Source: Longimicrobiales bacterium (GTDB lineage Bacteria > Gemmatimonadota > Gemmatimonadetes > Longimicrobiales > Gaopeijiaceae). From it: a stretch of DNA of 64,000 bases. The notes below the pieces were generated by a model. It searched no databases. It saw only the letters and a list, made by a program, of their open reading frames with translations, and was not told the origin of the DNA. Location: assembly GCA_965218295.1 (NCBI GenBank), contig CBDCKN010000012.1, positions 1-64,000 on the forward strand. The letters run 5' to 3'. Shown piece after piece: positions 49,625 to 60,602 of this stretch. The first letter of the stretch is position 1. Every line of letters begins with the position of its first letter. The position numbers and the translations under genes were made by a program.

Positions 49625-50503
49625 CTACCCCCCGGCCATCCAGCGGTAGATCGCCCGCACGTTCAGCGGGAACCAGGCGTCGTACTGGCCCCAGTCGCTG
49701 AACTCCGGCAGTCGGATCTCCGCCGCCGCCCGGTCTTCCGACCATCCCGCGTCGAGCGCCTTCCCCACCTCGGACCGGATCTGGTCGTAGTAGCGGATCT
49801 GCCGGTGTATGGAGCTCCGGTCCCCCGCCGGCCCGTACCCGAAGACCATGGTCTCGAAGTCGATCTCCAGGAGGCGGGGCATGGACTCGAAGAAGTCTGG
49901 GAACTGCCAGCCGGGAAGGCCCTGATAGCCGACGCGGTCGTGGTTTACGAAGTCTACGGCGAACGCCACCTTCACGTCCGGGACGTAGACCACCGTGGAG
50001 TTGTCGGTGTGGTTCGCGCCCACGTAGTGGAGCTCGATGTCACGGCCGCCCTGGTTCATGGACATGAACTCCTGGTAGGTGACGGTCGGCACGGGTAGAT
50101 CCGCGCTGCCGACCGCCGCGATGGCCGCTACCGAGTTGCGATGCGCCAGGATGGGCACCGACTGGCCCATCTCGCTCATGAGCGCCGGAGCACCCGTGGC
50201 GTGGTCGGCGTCCTGGTGGCTGTAGATGATGGCCAAGAGAGGAGCGGCCGGGGCCACCTTCCTGATCTCCCGGGCGTACTGCATGGCCGCCTCCGGCGAG
50301 ATCGGGTCCACGGCCACGACTCCGGCGGGTGTGACCACGAAGAACCCGTTGTGCGCCTGCCAGCGGAACTGAAAGACCCCGTCGGCAATACGGGTCGTCT
50401 CGTAGTCGGGGGTCTGGGCCTCGGCCATGACGGGGCCGAGAACGACGACGACCGTCGACAACAAAACGGCCACCAGCAGCGGAATATGTCTCGCTCGCAC
50501 CAT
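49625..50503 (-). CDS. MBL-fold metallo-hydrolase, secreted
   Basis: VAVDP, IYSHQDADH, GANHT, AVD. Confidence 0.85.
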   Translation of the reverse strand: MVRARHIPLLVAVLLSTVVVVLGPVMAEAQTPDYETTRIADGVFQFRWQAHNGFFVVTPAGVVAVDPISPEAAMQYAREIRKVAPAAPLLAIIYSHQDADHATGAPALMSEMGQSVPILAHRNSVAAIAAVGSADLPVPTVTYQEFMSMNQGGRDIELHYVGANHTDNSTVVYVPDVKVAFAVDFVNHDRVGYQGLPGWQFPDFFESMPRLLEIDFETMVFGYGPAGDRSSIHRQIRYYDQIRSEVGKALDAGWSEDRAAAEIRLPEFSDWGQYDAWFPLNVRAIYRWMAGG

Positions 50504-50564
50504 GGGATCCTCCTGGCCGATCCGTCCCGCGGCCGGCCGTTGGCTGAGTCTTCTGAGGTGAGAC

Positions 50565-51374
50565 CTAAGGAATGACGGGCAGCAGGGCGCCGGAGTCCAG
50601 CAGGTCCTGGGCTATCGTCGCGTCGAGGGCGAAGACGACCACGAACCCTCCGACGCCAATGATCAAGGCGAACATGAATACGGTGTAGGATATCCGTAGG
50701 AGGTTGAACTTCTTCTTGAGCACCTGACCGAGCCCGTACAGATCCCTCACCATGTTGATGTAGAGGTGGTCCGGCGTCATCATCAGGTCACGCATTCCCT
50801 CCACAAAGTCTTCTTCCGACAGGTTCACGAAGTTCCCGAAGAACAGGATATTGGCGTCGTTTCGCTCGATGTCGTCCAGCGTCAGCGGCTGGTTGCTCAC
50901 CCCGGGGCGTGCGGCCAGAACCGCGTAGACGAGCGCTATGAGGCACCCCACGAGCAGGATGCTGACAGGCAGGACGAGGAGCGGCAGGCCTCCCATGCGG
51001 GGCGCCAAGGCCGCGAGCGTGATGGAGATGATCAGTCCGTTCACGCTGATCATGATGTTCGCCTTGGCGTCGGCCAGGCCGACCAGATCCTGGTGGACGC
51101 GGTAGCTGGTCCGGAACATCGTCTCGATGCCACGGGACGTGCCGAGGCCCGTGGGCTTCTTTTTCTTCTTCTTGCCCTTCTTGCCGTCGTCGGCCTCGCC
51201 CGCCCCCGCGTCGGCGTCAGCTTCCTGTGCCTCGCCCGTCGCTGAGACTTCGGCTTCGGTGACCCCGAGATGGGGGTCATCGGCTCCCGCCACGGACCCG
51301 GTGCCGCCAACCTCAGCCGTCTCGTCGTCTACGGCTTCCGCAACGTCTCTCGGTTCGTTCTGGTCTACGTCCAT
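50565..51374 (-). CDS. DUF5706 / Pycsar-effector-like 3TM membrane protein
   Basis: RGIETMFR, ADAKANIMISVN, NILFFGNF, LGQVLKKKFNLLRISY. Confidence 0.8.
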   Translation of the reverse strand: MDVDQNEPRDVAEAVDDETAEVGGTGSVAGADDPHLGVTEAEVSATGEAQEADADAGAGEADDGKKGKKKKKKPTGLGTSRGIETMFRTSYRVHQDLVGLADAKANIMISVNGLIISITLAALAPRMGGLPLLVLPVSILLVGCLIALVYAVLAARPGVSNQPLTLDDIERNDANILFFGNFVNLSEEDFVEGMRDLMMTPDHLYINMVRDLYGLGQVLKKKFNLLRISYTVFMFALIIGVGGFVVVFALDATIAQDLLDSGALLPVIP

Positions 51375-51390
51375 GCGCTCTCACCCTGGG

Positions 51391-53538
51391 TCAACTGGCC
51401 CGGACCTTTCCCAACAGTTCTTCCAAGTACCGGTACGTGTCAATCTGGCTGCGCACGGAGGGGTTATCGTCGGCCGTCACGAACCGGTTGCTCTGGTCTC
51501 CGTCAAGGATGCGGGCCTTGGTGTTGTCGGCGAGCTGGAGCACCAGAACATGCCGAAGCTCGGCCCTGAGGTCGGGATCGTAGATGGGAAACGCCACCTC
51601 CACCCTTCGGTTCAGGTTCCGAGTCATCCAGTCGGCCGATGCCAGGTACAACGCCTCGGCCCCTCCCGCGTGGAAGAGGTACATCCGCGAGTGCTCCAGG
51701 AATCGGTCCAGGATGCTTCGGCCCTCTATGGTCTCGCTCAGCTCGTGTACCCCCGGCCGGAGGCAGCAGATGCCTCGTATCACGAGTTGAATCGGGACAC
51801 CGGCGGCGCTGGCTTCGTAGAGCCGGTCGATGATCCCGCGGTCCTGGAGGCTGTTCATCTTGGCTGTGATCCCAGAGGCCCGCCCCGCTCGGGCCGCCTC
51901 GATCTCGGCATCGATGAGCGAGTTGAAGCGGTCCCTGAGGTCGGAGGGGGCCACCAGCAAATGCTCGAAGGCCGGCTCGACCTCCTCTCCACCGAGGATG
52001 CGGAACACCCGGTACACCTCTTCGGTGAGCCTCTCGTCGGCGGTTAGCAGACCGTGATCGGCGTAGATCCGGGCCGTCTTCTCGTTGAAGTTGCCCGTGG
52101 CCAGGAAGGCGTAAAGCCTGCTCGCGTCGCCTTCGCGCCGACGGATGAGCGCGAGCTTGGCGTGCACCTTGATCCCCTTCCGGCCGTAGAGCGTGCGCAC
52201 GCCGGCCCGCTCCATCTGCTCGGCCCACTCCAGGTTCAGCTCTTCGTCGAAGCGGGCCTGCACCTCCACGAAGGCCGACACCTCCTTTCCGTTCCGGGCT
52301 GCCTCGATGAGGGCTTTGACGACGGCCGAGTCCTGTGCGACCCGATACAGCGAGATCCAGATGGCGTCCACGTCGGGGTCGCCGGCGGCCTCCTCGAGGA
52401 GGCGCACCACGTAGCCGTACGACTGGTAGGGAAAGTGGAGCAGCCGGTCCTTCTCCGAGACCACGTCGAAGAGATCCGGGGCGCCCTCGAGCGCCGGGTG
52501 TGCCAGGGGCTGGAGCGGGGGATCCTGGTGCTCGGGGGCCTCGCCCACAGGGAGCCCGAACAGGTCGTGCAGGTTGTGGTAACGCCCGCCCAGGATCAGG
52601 TCCTCTTCCTGGAGGCCGAGGCAGGCCTTCAGGCGGTTCACCATGACGTGAGGCGATCGCATGTCGTAGAGGAAGCGGATCGGGATCCCTGTATCGCGCT
52701 TCTTCAGGCTCTTCTTTATGGCCTGCTTGAGTCCGTGGTCGAACTCGTCGTCGAGGTAGAGGTCGGCGTCCCTGGAGACCTTGACCGCATACGCGCCCGC
52801 CGCGACCTGGCCGGGGAAGACGCGCGGAAGGTTATGCCGGATGACGTCGTCCAGGAATACGACGTAACGCCGGTCACCTGGGGCCGGGATGTCGATGAAC
52901 CGTGAGAGGGGCGGGCTGGGAACCTTCACCAGTCCCAACCTCGGCCCAGCGGACCCCACGGCGATGTCCTGGACCGGCTGGAGCTCCACCACCAGATAGA
53001 CCGTCTGATCCTTCAGGAACATCGGCTCTCCGACGTCCTCCAGATAGCTAGGCTCCAGGAGTGGCTCGACGTGCTCGATGAAGTAGTCCTCCAGAGTCGA
53101 GCGGTACTCATCGGGCACTGCGAGCTCATCGACGAGGTCGATCCCGGCCTCGCTCAGCCCCGGGAGGATCTGCTCGCGGAAGACGCGCCCGAATCGCTCC
53201 TGATGCGCAAGCGCGACCTCGGGGATCTCACGGAGCAGCCTGGTGGGATCCAAGCGGCGTTTCTTGCCCTTCTTCTTCTTGAGCGAAAGGAGGCTCCGGA
53301 GGGACGCCACACGCACTCGGAAGAACTCGTCCAGGTTGGACGAGAAGATGGCGAGGAACTTGAGGCGCTCGAAGAGAGGCACCGCCGGGCTTTCGGCCTC
53401 CTGAAGCACCCGTTCGTTGAAGGACAGCCAGCTCAGCCCCCGGTTGACGTAGCGCACCTCGGTGGAGGAGACGCCCAGCGCGGCCTCACTAGGATCCTCC
53501 TGCGCCTCGATGACGACAGGACTCGTGCTCTCAGCCAC
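51391..53538 (-). CDS. ppk1: Polyphosphate kinase 1
   Basis: NRGLSWLSFNERVL, SSNLDEFFRVRV, HFPYQSY, ARFDEE, KVHAK, TGNFNE, RFLEHSR, SADWM. Confidence 0.96.
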   Translation of the reverse strand: MAESTSPVVIEAQEDPSEAALGVSSTEVRYVNRGLSWLSFNERVLQEAESPAVPLFERLKFLAIFSSNLDEFFRVRVASLRSLLSLKKKKGKKRRLDPTRLLREIPEVALAHQERFGRVFREQILPGLSEAGIDLVDELAVPDEYRSTLEDYFIEHVEPLLEPSYLEDVGEPMFLKDQTVYLVVELQPVQDIAVGSAGPRLGLVKVPSPPLSRFIDIPAPGDRRYVVFLDDVIRHNLPRVFPGQVAAGAYAVKVSRDADLYLDDEFDHGLKQAIKKSLKKRDTGIPIRFLYDMRSPHVMVNRLKACLGLQEEDLILGGRYHNLHDLFGLPVGEAPEHQDPPLQPLAHPALEGAPDLFDVVSEKDRLLHFPYQSYGYVVRLLEEAAGDPDVDAIWISLYRVAQDSAVVKALIEAARNGKEVSAFVEVQARFDEELNLEWAEQMERAGVRTLYGRKGIKVHAKLALIRRREGDASRLYAFLATGNFNEKTARIYADHGLLTADERLTEEVYRVFRILGGEEVEPAFEHLLVAPSDLRDRFNSLIDAEIEAARAGRASGITAKMNSLQDRGIIDRLYEASAAGVPIQLVIRGICCLRPGVHELSETIEGRSILDRFLEHSRMYLFHAGGAEALYLASADWMTRNLNRRVEVAFPIYDPDLRAELRHVLVLQLADNTKARILDGDQSNRFVTADDNPSVRSQIDTYRYLEELLGKVRAS

Positions 53539-53540
53539 GG

Positions 53541-56231
53541 TCAGAATGAGAAGCCGAGGCCGACGAGCAGTCTCGTCGAGTCGTCGGAGTCCGCAAAGGT
53601 CACCGAGATCAACGGTGTGTGCTGCCTGAGGAAGGAGAACCAGAGACCTCCACCGTACGCCCAATGCCACAGGTCCGAGTCCTCGCCCTCCAGGTACACC
53701 CGTCCCACGTCGGTCATGGCATGGACTCCGAACTGGCCCGGCAGGACACTGCTCAGCGCCCCCAGACGGAGCCGTAGCTCGCTCTTCGCGAAGATCATGG
53801 CGTCGCCGGCGTAACGGTCGTCGTGCGTGCCCCGGAAGGTCTCGGCCCCGCCCAGATAGGCGGCACTGAGGTAGGGATAGTCTCCCCACACCTTCTTACC
53901 CCCGACCTTGAGAGCGAGCACGGGAGACATGGGCATGGGCGCCTGGAGGAAGACCTCCACCGAACCGGCCAGCGTCCCGTAGTCCGACCTGAGCTCCGTG
54001 AACTCAGGGAAGTATGTGGCCTCGATCTCGATCCGGGCGCCTCTCGTCGGGAACCAGTCGTGGTCTCGGCCATCCCACTCCATCCCCGTCTTGATTCCGA
54101 ACTGGAAGAGGTCGGAGAAGCCGTAGGGGTTCTCCTGGGCGATGAGGCGTCCCCTGTTCTTCGACTGCGAGTGCAGATCCAGCTCGAACAACGCGCCGCT
54201 GGTGATGACGAAGTCGTCGCCGGACATCCACTGAAGCTCCGACTCCAGCGTCAAGATCTGGCGATCGACCCGGAAGAAGTCGAGCCCGAAATCCGACCTC
54301 GTCGTCTCGTTCCCGAAGCCGAAAAAGCGGTAGCGGTCGGCCCCTGGTACCGAGCCCTCACCTCCCCCCTGAGACGACCCAGGGGGAAGTTCGTCCGGAG
54401 CTCGAGGAGCGGGAGCTGGGTTGCCGTCCCGATTCCCGCAGTGAATCCAAAGGCGGTGCGGTACGGGTAGTGACGGAAGCCGAACCCGTGCCGGGTGGCG
54501 CCCATCTGGACGTAGGCGCCCTTCCTTCCGCCGACCTCGAAGATGGGGAAGTAGGCCCAGACATGACCCCAATCCTGCGGGCGAGCCCCATAGCTCTCGA
54601 CCACGTCGGGGGCCCGGTAGTCGTACTCGTGGACCTTAGTGTTGCGCCCCTTGGTGATCTCGTTGTTGCCGCGGTCGTCGTGGAAGTGCACGCGGCCCGA
54701 GCCGGTGGTCTCGTCGATGAGGACGTCGGCGCGGCCACCCCCGATGATGCGCACGGTCACCCGGCCCGACGCGTCTCCTCGTACGACGGCCCGATCCTGC
54801 TCTCCCAGCAGGTAGACGCGAACGTCGTCGGTCTCCGAGCCGAGGAAGGTGCGGTCGTACCGGGCCTCGCCCCTGGGCTCCTCCTCGCTGTTCTTCTCCC
54901 AGAGCCGAACCCTTACCCGGTCACCCTCCAGCCATTCGACCAGGGCGTACTCCTCCTCGTCGGTCCCGAAAACGTCCACGTTCCGGGCCAGGAGGTCGTA
55001 GAAGTCCCGGGCCTGGACCATGAGGTTGTCACGCCGCAGGGTGAGGGCCCGCGTCATGAAGTCTCCGACCCGATCGTAGTAGGCCGGTGGGAGTCGCCCC
55101 ACGGCGTCCCGGATGACCGCGTCGCTCAAACGGCGCTGGAGGTCTGAGGCGATGGCTTCCCAGGTGCTCCACTCGAGACCGGTGAGGAACTGCCGGTCCA
55201 GCGCCCGGCCCGACCACGTGATCGCCAGGGCCGAAGGGTACTCCTCCTCGAAGCCCACCAGGTGCGGAGCGACGCCGGGGGCGACACTCCGGAACCAGCG
55301 CAGTATAAGACCGTCCAGCTTGGTCAGGGCCCAGTCCCGGTCTCGCGGGACCGGCCTGAAGACCAGGAAGTCACCATCATCGAACCCGGCCCACCGCCAC
55401 TGATCGGGATGCCTGTCCCAATCTCCCACGAACATGTCCATCAACCGGGCCCGCAGGAAATCCTCCGCGTCGACCCGGTCGTCCGGATCTTCTTCGAGGC
55501 GCTCGAAGAGCCGCTCCGAGCCGATGACCCGGGTGGAGCCAGCGAAGCCGGGCTCGCCGTCGGGCCCCTCGTCGGGCCGCTCTTCGATGAATCCCAGGAG
55601 TCCGGCGAACTCATCCTGGAACTCGCCGAGTCGGGGATCGTCGGGCATGACAACTAGCGTGGGATCGGGATGAAGGAGGTCTGCGGCCCCGAGGAGGGGG
55701 GCCACCACGATGGCCGCCATGGGAAAGATGGCCGAGATCTGGTCTTGCTGTGCCCAGGCCACGAAGGTCTCCCGCAACAGTGGGTCCACCCCGGGCCGCG
55801 TCCTTGTCGATGGAGCGGAAGTTGTAAAGGACGCCATCCTCTCCCCTCATCCTCAAAGACGACGTCTGCTTGCCGCCGCCCCGCCGCACCACGGTGAGCC
55901 CCCCGGCGTACTGGTCGAGGTCGAGCACCTGCGTCTTCACCTGGACCCGCCAGAGCTCCCGCCAGCCCCGACCCATCATGGCCGCGCGCAACGGATGCGC
56001 GTCGTAGCTCATCCGCGGTCCGGCGAGGACCGAGTCGCCCCCCTGGGGAGTCTGCGCCGACCCGACCGTCGGCGAAGCGAGGGCGGCCATGCAAAGCAGC
56101 CCGAGCCCCACCACCTCCCTCCGAAGCCCTTGCCCCGAAGGCGTCCAAGACCCATCGCGGCGACGGCGATGTCGCGCACACGAGGGCCGCGCGGGCTCCA
56201 CCCGGATGCGGGCCGACGGCGGATCGATCAT
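53541..56231 (-). CDS. Fusion of an atypical kinase-like domain and an Omp85/BamA-TamA-type barrel; two apparent frameshifts (~55790, ~54335); start uncertain
   Basis: GGGKQTSSLR, FRSIDK, DWDRHPDQWRW, PRDRD; C-terminal barrel (PTRG, LGGAETFRG..RYAGD, DVGRV, GLGFSF). Confidence 0.7.
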
Positions 56232-56536
56232 GGATGGCTCCGTTGGTATGCGCAGAGAGAGGTCGGTGCCGGTCAAGTATTGACGCCCCATGTTGCACGG
56301 GGCAAGGCGTCCTCGATGTGTGCCCGCCCCAGGCTGATCTTCGTTCGATCCGGCGACCACCTCTCAGAAAGCACAGCCCATGCGCGTTGTCCCCAGGCCC
56401 ACATGATCTACCGGGTGAGTTACACGGGAAGCTGACGGGGCGACCCCATGAGCCCCCCTGGGATCCTGGGGAAGGAACCGCCATCTTGTCTCGTAGTGTA
56501 GGTTAGTCTATTCGAAGGATCCTCAACGAGACGCAC

Positions 56537-58129
56537 TTGGCCAGCATCGCCGTAGCAGAAGCCCAACCCGACGTCCTCAAGGCCCTTCGGTCCCTGGGGG
56601 GACGGGGCACGGTGGGAGACGTCGTATCCGATGCAGGACTCCCCCGCGACCAGGTGGAGGCCTCCCTCAAGGGCCTCCTGGAGACCCACCAGGGACACCT
56701 GGAGGTCTCGGAGTCGGGAGAGCTCGTCTACCTCTTCGACCGGAAGCTGATCCGGCGCGACCGCGTCTCGACGCTGGAGCGCATCAAGAAGGCGACCAAG
56801 ACGTTCCTCACCGGTGCGTTCAAGGCATGGATCGTCACCATGCTCGTCGTCTATTTCGTGGTGTTCGTGGCTCTGGTCATCGCGGCTCTCCTGGCGATGA
56901 TGTCGAGAGGCGGCGACCGAAGGAGCGGCGGAGGGATCCTTGGACGCGGTGCCGGGAGACATCATGGCCACTTCCACTTCCCGAGCTTCTGGCTGTGGTA
57001 CTACATCTGGACGCCGCGCTGGCGCTTGGGTCGGCCGTACTACGGCCACCGCTGGGAGAGGACGCTGGAGAAGGACAACCGTCCTCCCTTCTACAAGAAG
57101 GTCTTCGCGTTCGTTTTCGGCCCGGACCGGCCCGAGCCCACGCAACAGCAGCTCGACCGCTCGACGATAAGGCTGATCCGGGCGCGGAAGGGCGTTCTGA
57201 CCACGGCTGAGCTCATGGAGCACAACGCTCTCCCGCGTCCCGACGCCGAGGAGGAGATGGGGCGGCTGCTGGGATCGTACGCCGGTGAGCCCACCGTGTC
57301 CCGCGACGGAGAGCTGGTCTACACCTTCCCTGAGCTCATGGTAAGCGCTCACGGACCGGTGACGGCCAAGGAGCCCAATCCGGCCTGGCTGCGGCTGCAG
57401 TACCCGCTAGATCTGACGGGCAACGAGAAGAAGCACGACGCCATCATCATCGGCATGAACGGCTTCACCCTGTTGGCTGGGGCGACGGCGCCCTGGTTCA
57501 TCTTTCCGCAGCTCGGCATCAGCGGGACTGCCGCTTTCGTCGGACTCGTCCTGATACCGGTGGTGTTCAGCGTGCTCTTCTTCGGCGTGCCCCTCCTGCG
57601 CGTGATGGGAGTGCGCCGTGAGAACAAGGCACGGAAAGCCCGGAACGTGAGACGCCTGGTCCTGGGGATGGTCTATCGCGAGGCCCTGGCCGGGAGAGGG
57701 GCAGTGACGGTGGAGGGAGCCGTGGGCTACGTCCGCAACCGGCTGAAGGACCAGCCAGTGGATCATTCTGCGGTTGAAGCCGCGCTCCACGACCTGGCGG
57801 CCGAGCTGGACGCCGACGTGTCCTCCGCGGTCGATGGGGCGCTGGTCTTCACTTTCCCGGCGATCCGAGGGGAGTTCGTGGCCAGCGAGACGATCCGTCG
57901 GGAGCTGACGCTCGAGGACCGCGAGCTGGGCGACGTCGTCTACTCGAGCGCAGACACGCCACAGGAGGCCGCCGAGCGCGACATGGCCGACTTCGACCGC
58001 CAGCTCGCCGCCGCAGAAATGGACCTGAGCGCTTACCTTCCCTCCCCTGACCGCACGGGGTTCGAGGACGATTACGAGATCGTCGCGTTCGATGAGGAGT
58101 TGAGAGGCCGCGGCATCAACCAGGGCTAG
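56537..58129 (+). CDS. Membrane protein resembling the cyanobacterial/plastid At5g03900 family
   Basis: TVGDVVSDAGL...GHLEVSESGELVYLF repeated as GEPTVSRDGELVYTFP and VSSAVDGALVFTFP; VFAFVFG. Confidence 0.65.
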   Translation: MASIAVAEAQPDVLKALRSLGGRGTVGDVVSDAGLPRDQVEASLKGLLETHQGHLEVSESGELVYLFDRKLIRRDRVSTLERIKKATKTFLTGAFKAWIVTMLVVYFVVFVALVIAALLAMMSRGGDRRSGGGILGRGAGRHHGHFHFPSFWLWYYIWTPRWRLGRPYYGHRWERTLEKDNRPPFYKKVFAFVFGPDRPEPTQQQLDRSTIRLIRARKGVLTTAELMEHNALPRPDAEEEMGRLLGSYAGEPTVSRDGELVYTFPELMVSAHGPVTAKEPNPAWLRLQYPLDLTGNEKKHDAIIIGMNGFTLLAGATAPWFIFPQLGISGTAAFVGLVLIPVVFSVLFFGVPLLRVMGVRRENKARKARNVRRLVLGMVYREALAGRGAVTVEGAVGYVRNRLKDQPVDHSAVEAALHDLAAELDADVSSAVDGALVFTFPAIRGEFVASETIRRELTLEDRELGDVVYSSADTPQEAAERDMADFDRQLAAAEMDLSAYLPSPDRTGFEDDYEIVAFDEELRGRGINQG

Positions 58130-58263
58130 TGTCAAGGCCGTCTACGAGATGGACTACGGCGCTGAGGCCAGTCGCCGTCGCTTGCGGCGGAGGACGGGGT
58201 CCCGCAGGTTGACGCTGACCCCCCACCGGCCGCCCATGCTAGTCCAAAGAGGAGATACGTTCC

Positions 58264-58779
58264 ATGATTCGATCACTCTTGTTTCTGTTGGCCGTGCTCC
58301 TCCTTCCGGCATGCACGGCCGAGGACGCAATCCGTAGCGCCAGGTCGGCGGCCCCGGCATCCATATCCGCCGAGGCTACCGTCATGGATTGGTCCTTCGA
58401 CGTGCTGCGTGAGGGCAGCAATGGCTGGACGTGCCTGCCCGATCGCCAGGACACGCCTGGAAACGACCCGTGGTGCATCACCGACGCGTGGATGAACTTC
58501 CTCAACGCATACGTCGGACAGACGGAGCCCACGTACGAGGACATCGGCTTCGCGTACATGCTCCGGGGCGACACACCGGTGAGCAATTCGGACCCCTACG
58601 CCACTGAAGCCACGGGACCGGAGGACTGGGTCACGGACCTCGGTGCCCACCTCATGATGCTGGTGCCCGACCTCGACCTGCTCGAGGGGATCTCCACCGA
58701 TCATCTGAATGGCGGGCCCTGGATCATGTGGCCAGACACTCCCTACGCACACATCATGATCCCCGTCGACGACAGGTAG
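58264..58779 (+). CDS. Exported hypothetical protein (possible lipoprotein)
   Basis: GAGGAG RBS; LPAC; LREGSNGWTCL, AYMLRGD, HLMM, YAHIMIP. Confidence 0.75.
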   Translation: MIRSLLFLLAVLLLPACTAEDAIRSARSAAPASISAEATVMDWSFDVLREGSNGWTCLPDRQDTPGNDPWCITDAWMNFLNAYVGQTEPTYEDIGFAYMLRGDTPVSNSDPYATEATGPEDWVTDLGAHLMMLVPDLDLLEGISTDHLNGGPWIMWPDTPYAHIMIPVDDR

Positions 58780-58818
58780 CACGCCGAAGGACCGATACAA
58801 CTCCGGCCTCCAGAACCC

Positions 58819-58965
58819 CTGGCGAAGGCCTTCATGGCGTTGGCCGAGAAGGAGCTGGGGAACGAGGAGGAAGCGAGCCGTTGGGAGCAGGCCGTCATGA
58901 CGCACAACCAGCACAGCGCGTTCAACCTGGGTGTGGCCTTTGCCCGCCTGATCGTGTCCGACTAG
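58819..58965 (+). pseudogene. Probable C-terminal remnant of a TPR-like protein
   Basis: LAKAFMALAEKELGNEEEASRWEQAVMTHNQHSAFNLGVAFARLIVSD*, with coding-like codon usage. Confidence 0.4.
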
Positions 58966-59196
58966 GGCAGTTCGTCCTTCCTGGAGGGCATGAGGGCCCC
59001 GACCCCCCACGCGGGTCGGGGCCCTCCTCATGCATAGTAGCGGGACAGCCCCTTCGACCTGAGGACTTCCTGGTCCTTCGTCACGATCATAGCCTCGGCG
59101 TCTTCTGAGGCGGCCTCCCGGTTGCAGCCCGGATTCCGGGAGGGTATCGTCGGCGGTCCGTCCCTGCCACGGGCTCACTGATCCCTCGGAGCGATC

Positions 59197-60132
59197 TTGG
59201 ACCTCGTCCTCCTCATCCTCGCACTTCTGGCCCTCTGGCAGGGGACCGATTTCGCTATCGAAGGCGCCCTCCGGATCAGCGACCGCTTCGGCGTCTCACA
59301 GGGATTCATCGGGCTGACCGTTTTGGCCATCGGGACCGGGCTGCCCGAGCTCGTCGTGGGTGTCGTGGGCGGCATGGAGCAGCTGCGCGGGATCGAGGCG
59401 TCCGGGGTCGTCGTCGGCAACGTCACCGGCAGTGTCGTTGCGCAGGGCGCCCTGGTGCTCGGGTTGTCGGGTCTCTTCACCTACCTGCGCCTCGCTCCCC
59501 GCATGGTCCGCCGGGACGGGATCATCCTGCTACTTGCCATAGGACTCTTTACGCTGGTGAGCATCGACGGACGCATCATTCGCGCTGAGGGGGCGGTCCT
59601 CATCCTCGCGTATGCCATCTATCTGGTCGCTCTCGTCCAGTCCGAGCGAAACGGGGAGTACACCCCGAAGCCATCGCAGCGGCGGGCCATCGTCGACTTC
59701 GCCACCGTAGCCCTCGGCATGGCGACCGTCGTCGTCGCGGCGCACGTGGTGGTCACCCGGGCCGTCTCCATCGCCGAGGCCTGGAACGTCAGCCAGACCG
59801 TGATCGGCATCTTCCTCGTGGGGGCCGGCACCAGCCTGCCCGAGATGGCCGTCTCCGTCCGCGCCGCTTTGAAGGGGCAGGCCAGCATCTCGGTGGGAAA
59901 CGTGATCGGGAGCAACACCTTCGATCTGATGGTCCCGTTGGGCGCGAGCGCCGCGCTCTTTCCGCTCGCCGTCAACCGGGACTCGCTGGTAATCGACGTA
60001 CCCGTCATGGCGCTGGTCACCGTGGCGATGCTGATCTTCTTCCTCCGGAGGAAGGGTCTCCAGAGGGGCGAGGCGGCGTCACTCGTCCTCATGTACGTGG
60101 GCTACCTTGTCCTCCGGGTCTTCATCGTCTGA
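59197..60132 (+). CDS. Calcium/sodium antiporter (YrbG/CaCA family)
   Basis: Two alpha repeats GTGLPE...GNVTGS and GTSLPE...GNVIGSN. Confidence 0.9.
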   Translation: MDLVLLILALLALWQGTDFAIEGALRISDRFGVSQGFIGLTVLAIGTGLPELVVGVVGGMEQLRGIEASGVVVGNVTGSVVAQGALVLGLSGLFTYLRLAPRMVRRDGIILLLAIGLFTLVSIDGRIIRAEGAVLILAYAIYLVALVQSERNGEYTPKPSQRRAIVDFATVALGMATVVVAAHVVVTRAVSIAEAWNVSQTVIGIFLVGAGTSLPEMAVSVRAALKGQASISVGNVIGSNTFDLMVPLGASAALFPLAVNRDSLVIDVPVMALVTVAMLIFFLRRKGLQRGEAASLVLMYVGYLVLRVFIV

Positions 60133-60164
60133 CCTGGGGGGGGATCGAAGCTAGGGCGTCCGGT

Positions 60165-60359
60165 TCAGACGTAGGCCGCGTCCACGTAATACCAGCGCCA
60201 GGTCTCGCCAGGCTCGGCGGACTGCATAACGGGATGTCCCGTGTCGTGGTGGTGGGCAGTGGCATGCTCTCCTGGTGACGAGTCGCAGCAGTCCACGTGC
60301 CCACGGCTCAGGCACATCCGCAGCTGCACCCAGCGGCCGCCGGAGCACAGGAGAGAGGG
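60165..60359 (-). pseudogene. Degenerate UBP-type zinc-finger gene remnant
   Basis: WVQLRMCLSRGHVDCCDSSPGEHATAHHHDTGHPVMQSAEPGETWRWYYVD; first CxxC missing, other Cys replaced, in-frame stop upstream. Confidence 0.75.
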
Positions 60360-60365
60360 TCAGGG

Positions 60366-60403
60366 CCTCGTACGTATACTCACGATATAAAGATACGTAC
60401 GCC
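60366..60403 (-). repeat. 38-bp AT-rich palindromic site, copy 2
   Basis: Revcomp GGCGTACGTATCTTTATATCGTGAGTATACGTACGAGG. Confidence 0.85.
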
Positions 60404-60602
60404 ACTCCGAAGAGCCGCGGCTTTCCTCTACACCAGTGCGGAAACCGGGTTTACCGTCTCACTACGAAAAGGCACCGGCCACTCCCCAGGCTCATCAGAT
60501 GCTCCAGCGGTGGGGGGCGGTGCTCAAGGGCGCCGATTGCCACCGTGATTGTCACAGCGCTCGGACCCACGACCAGGCTCCAGTGCGAAGAAGTGACCGT
60601 GC

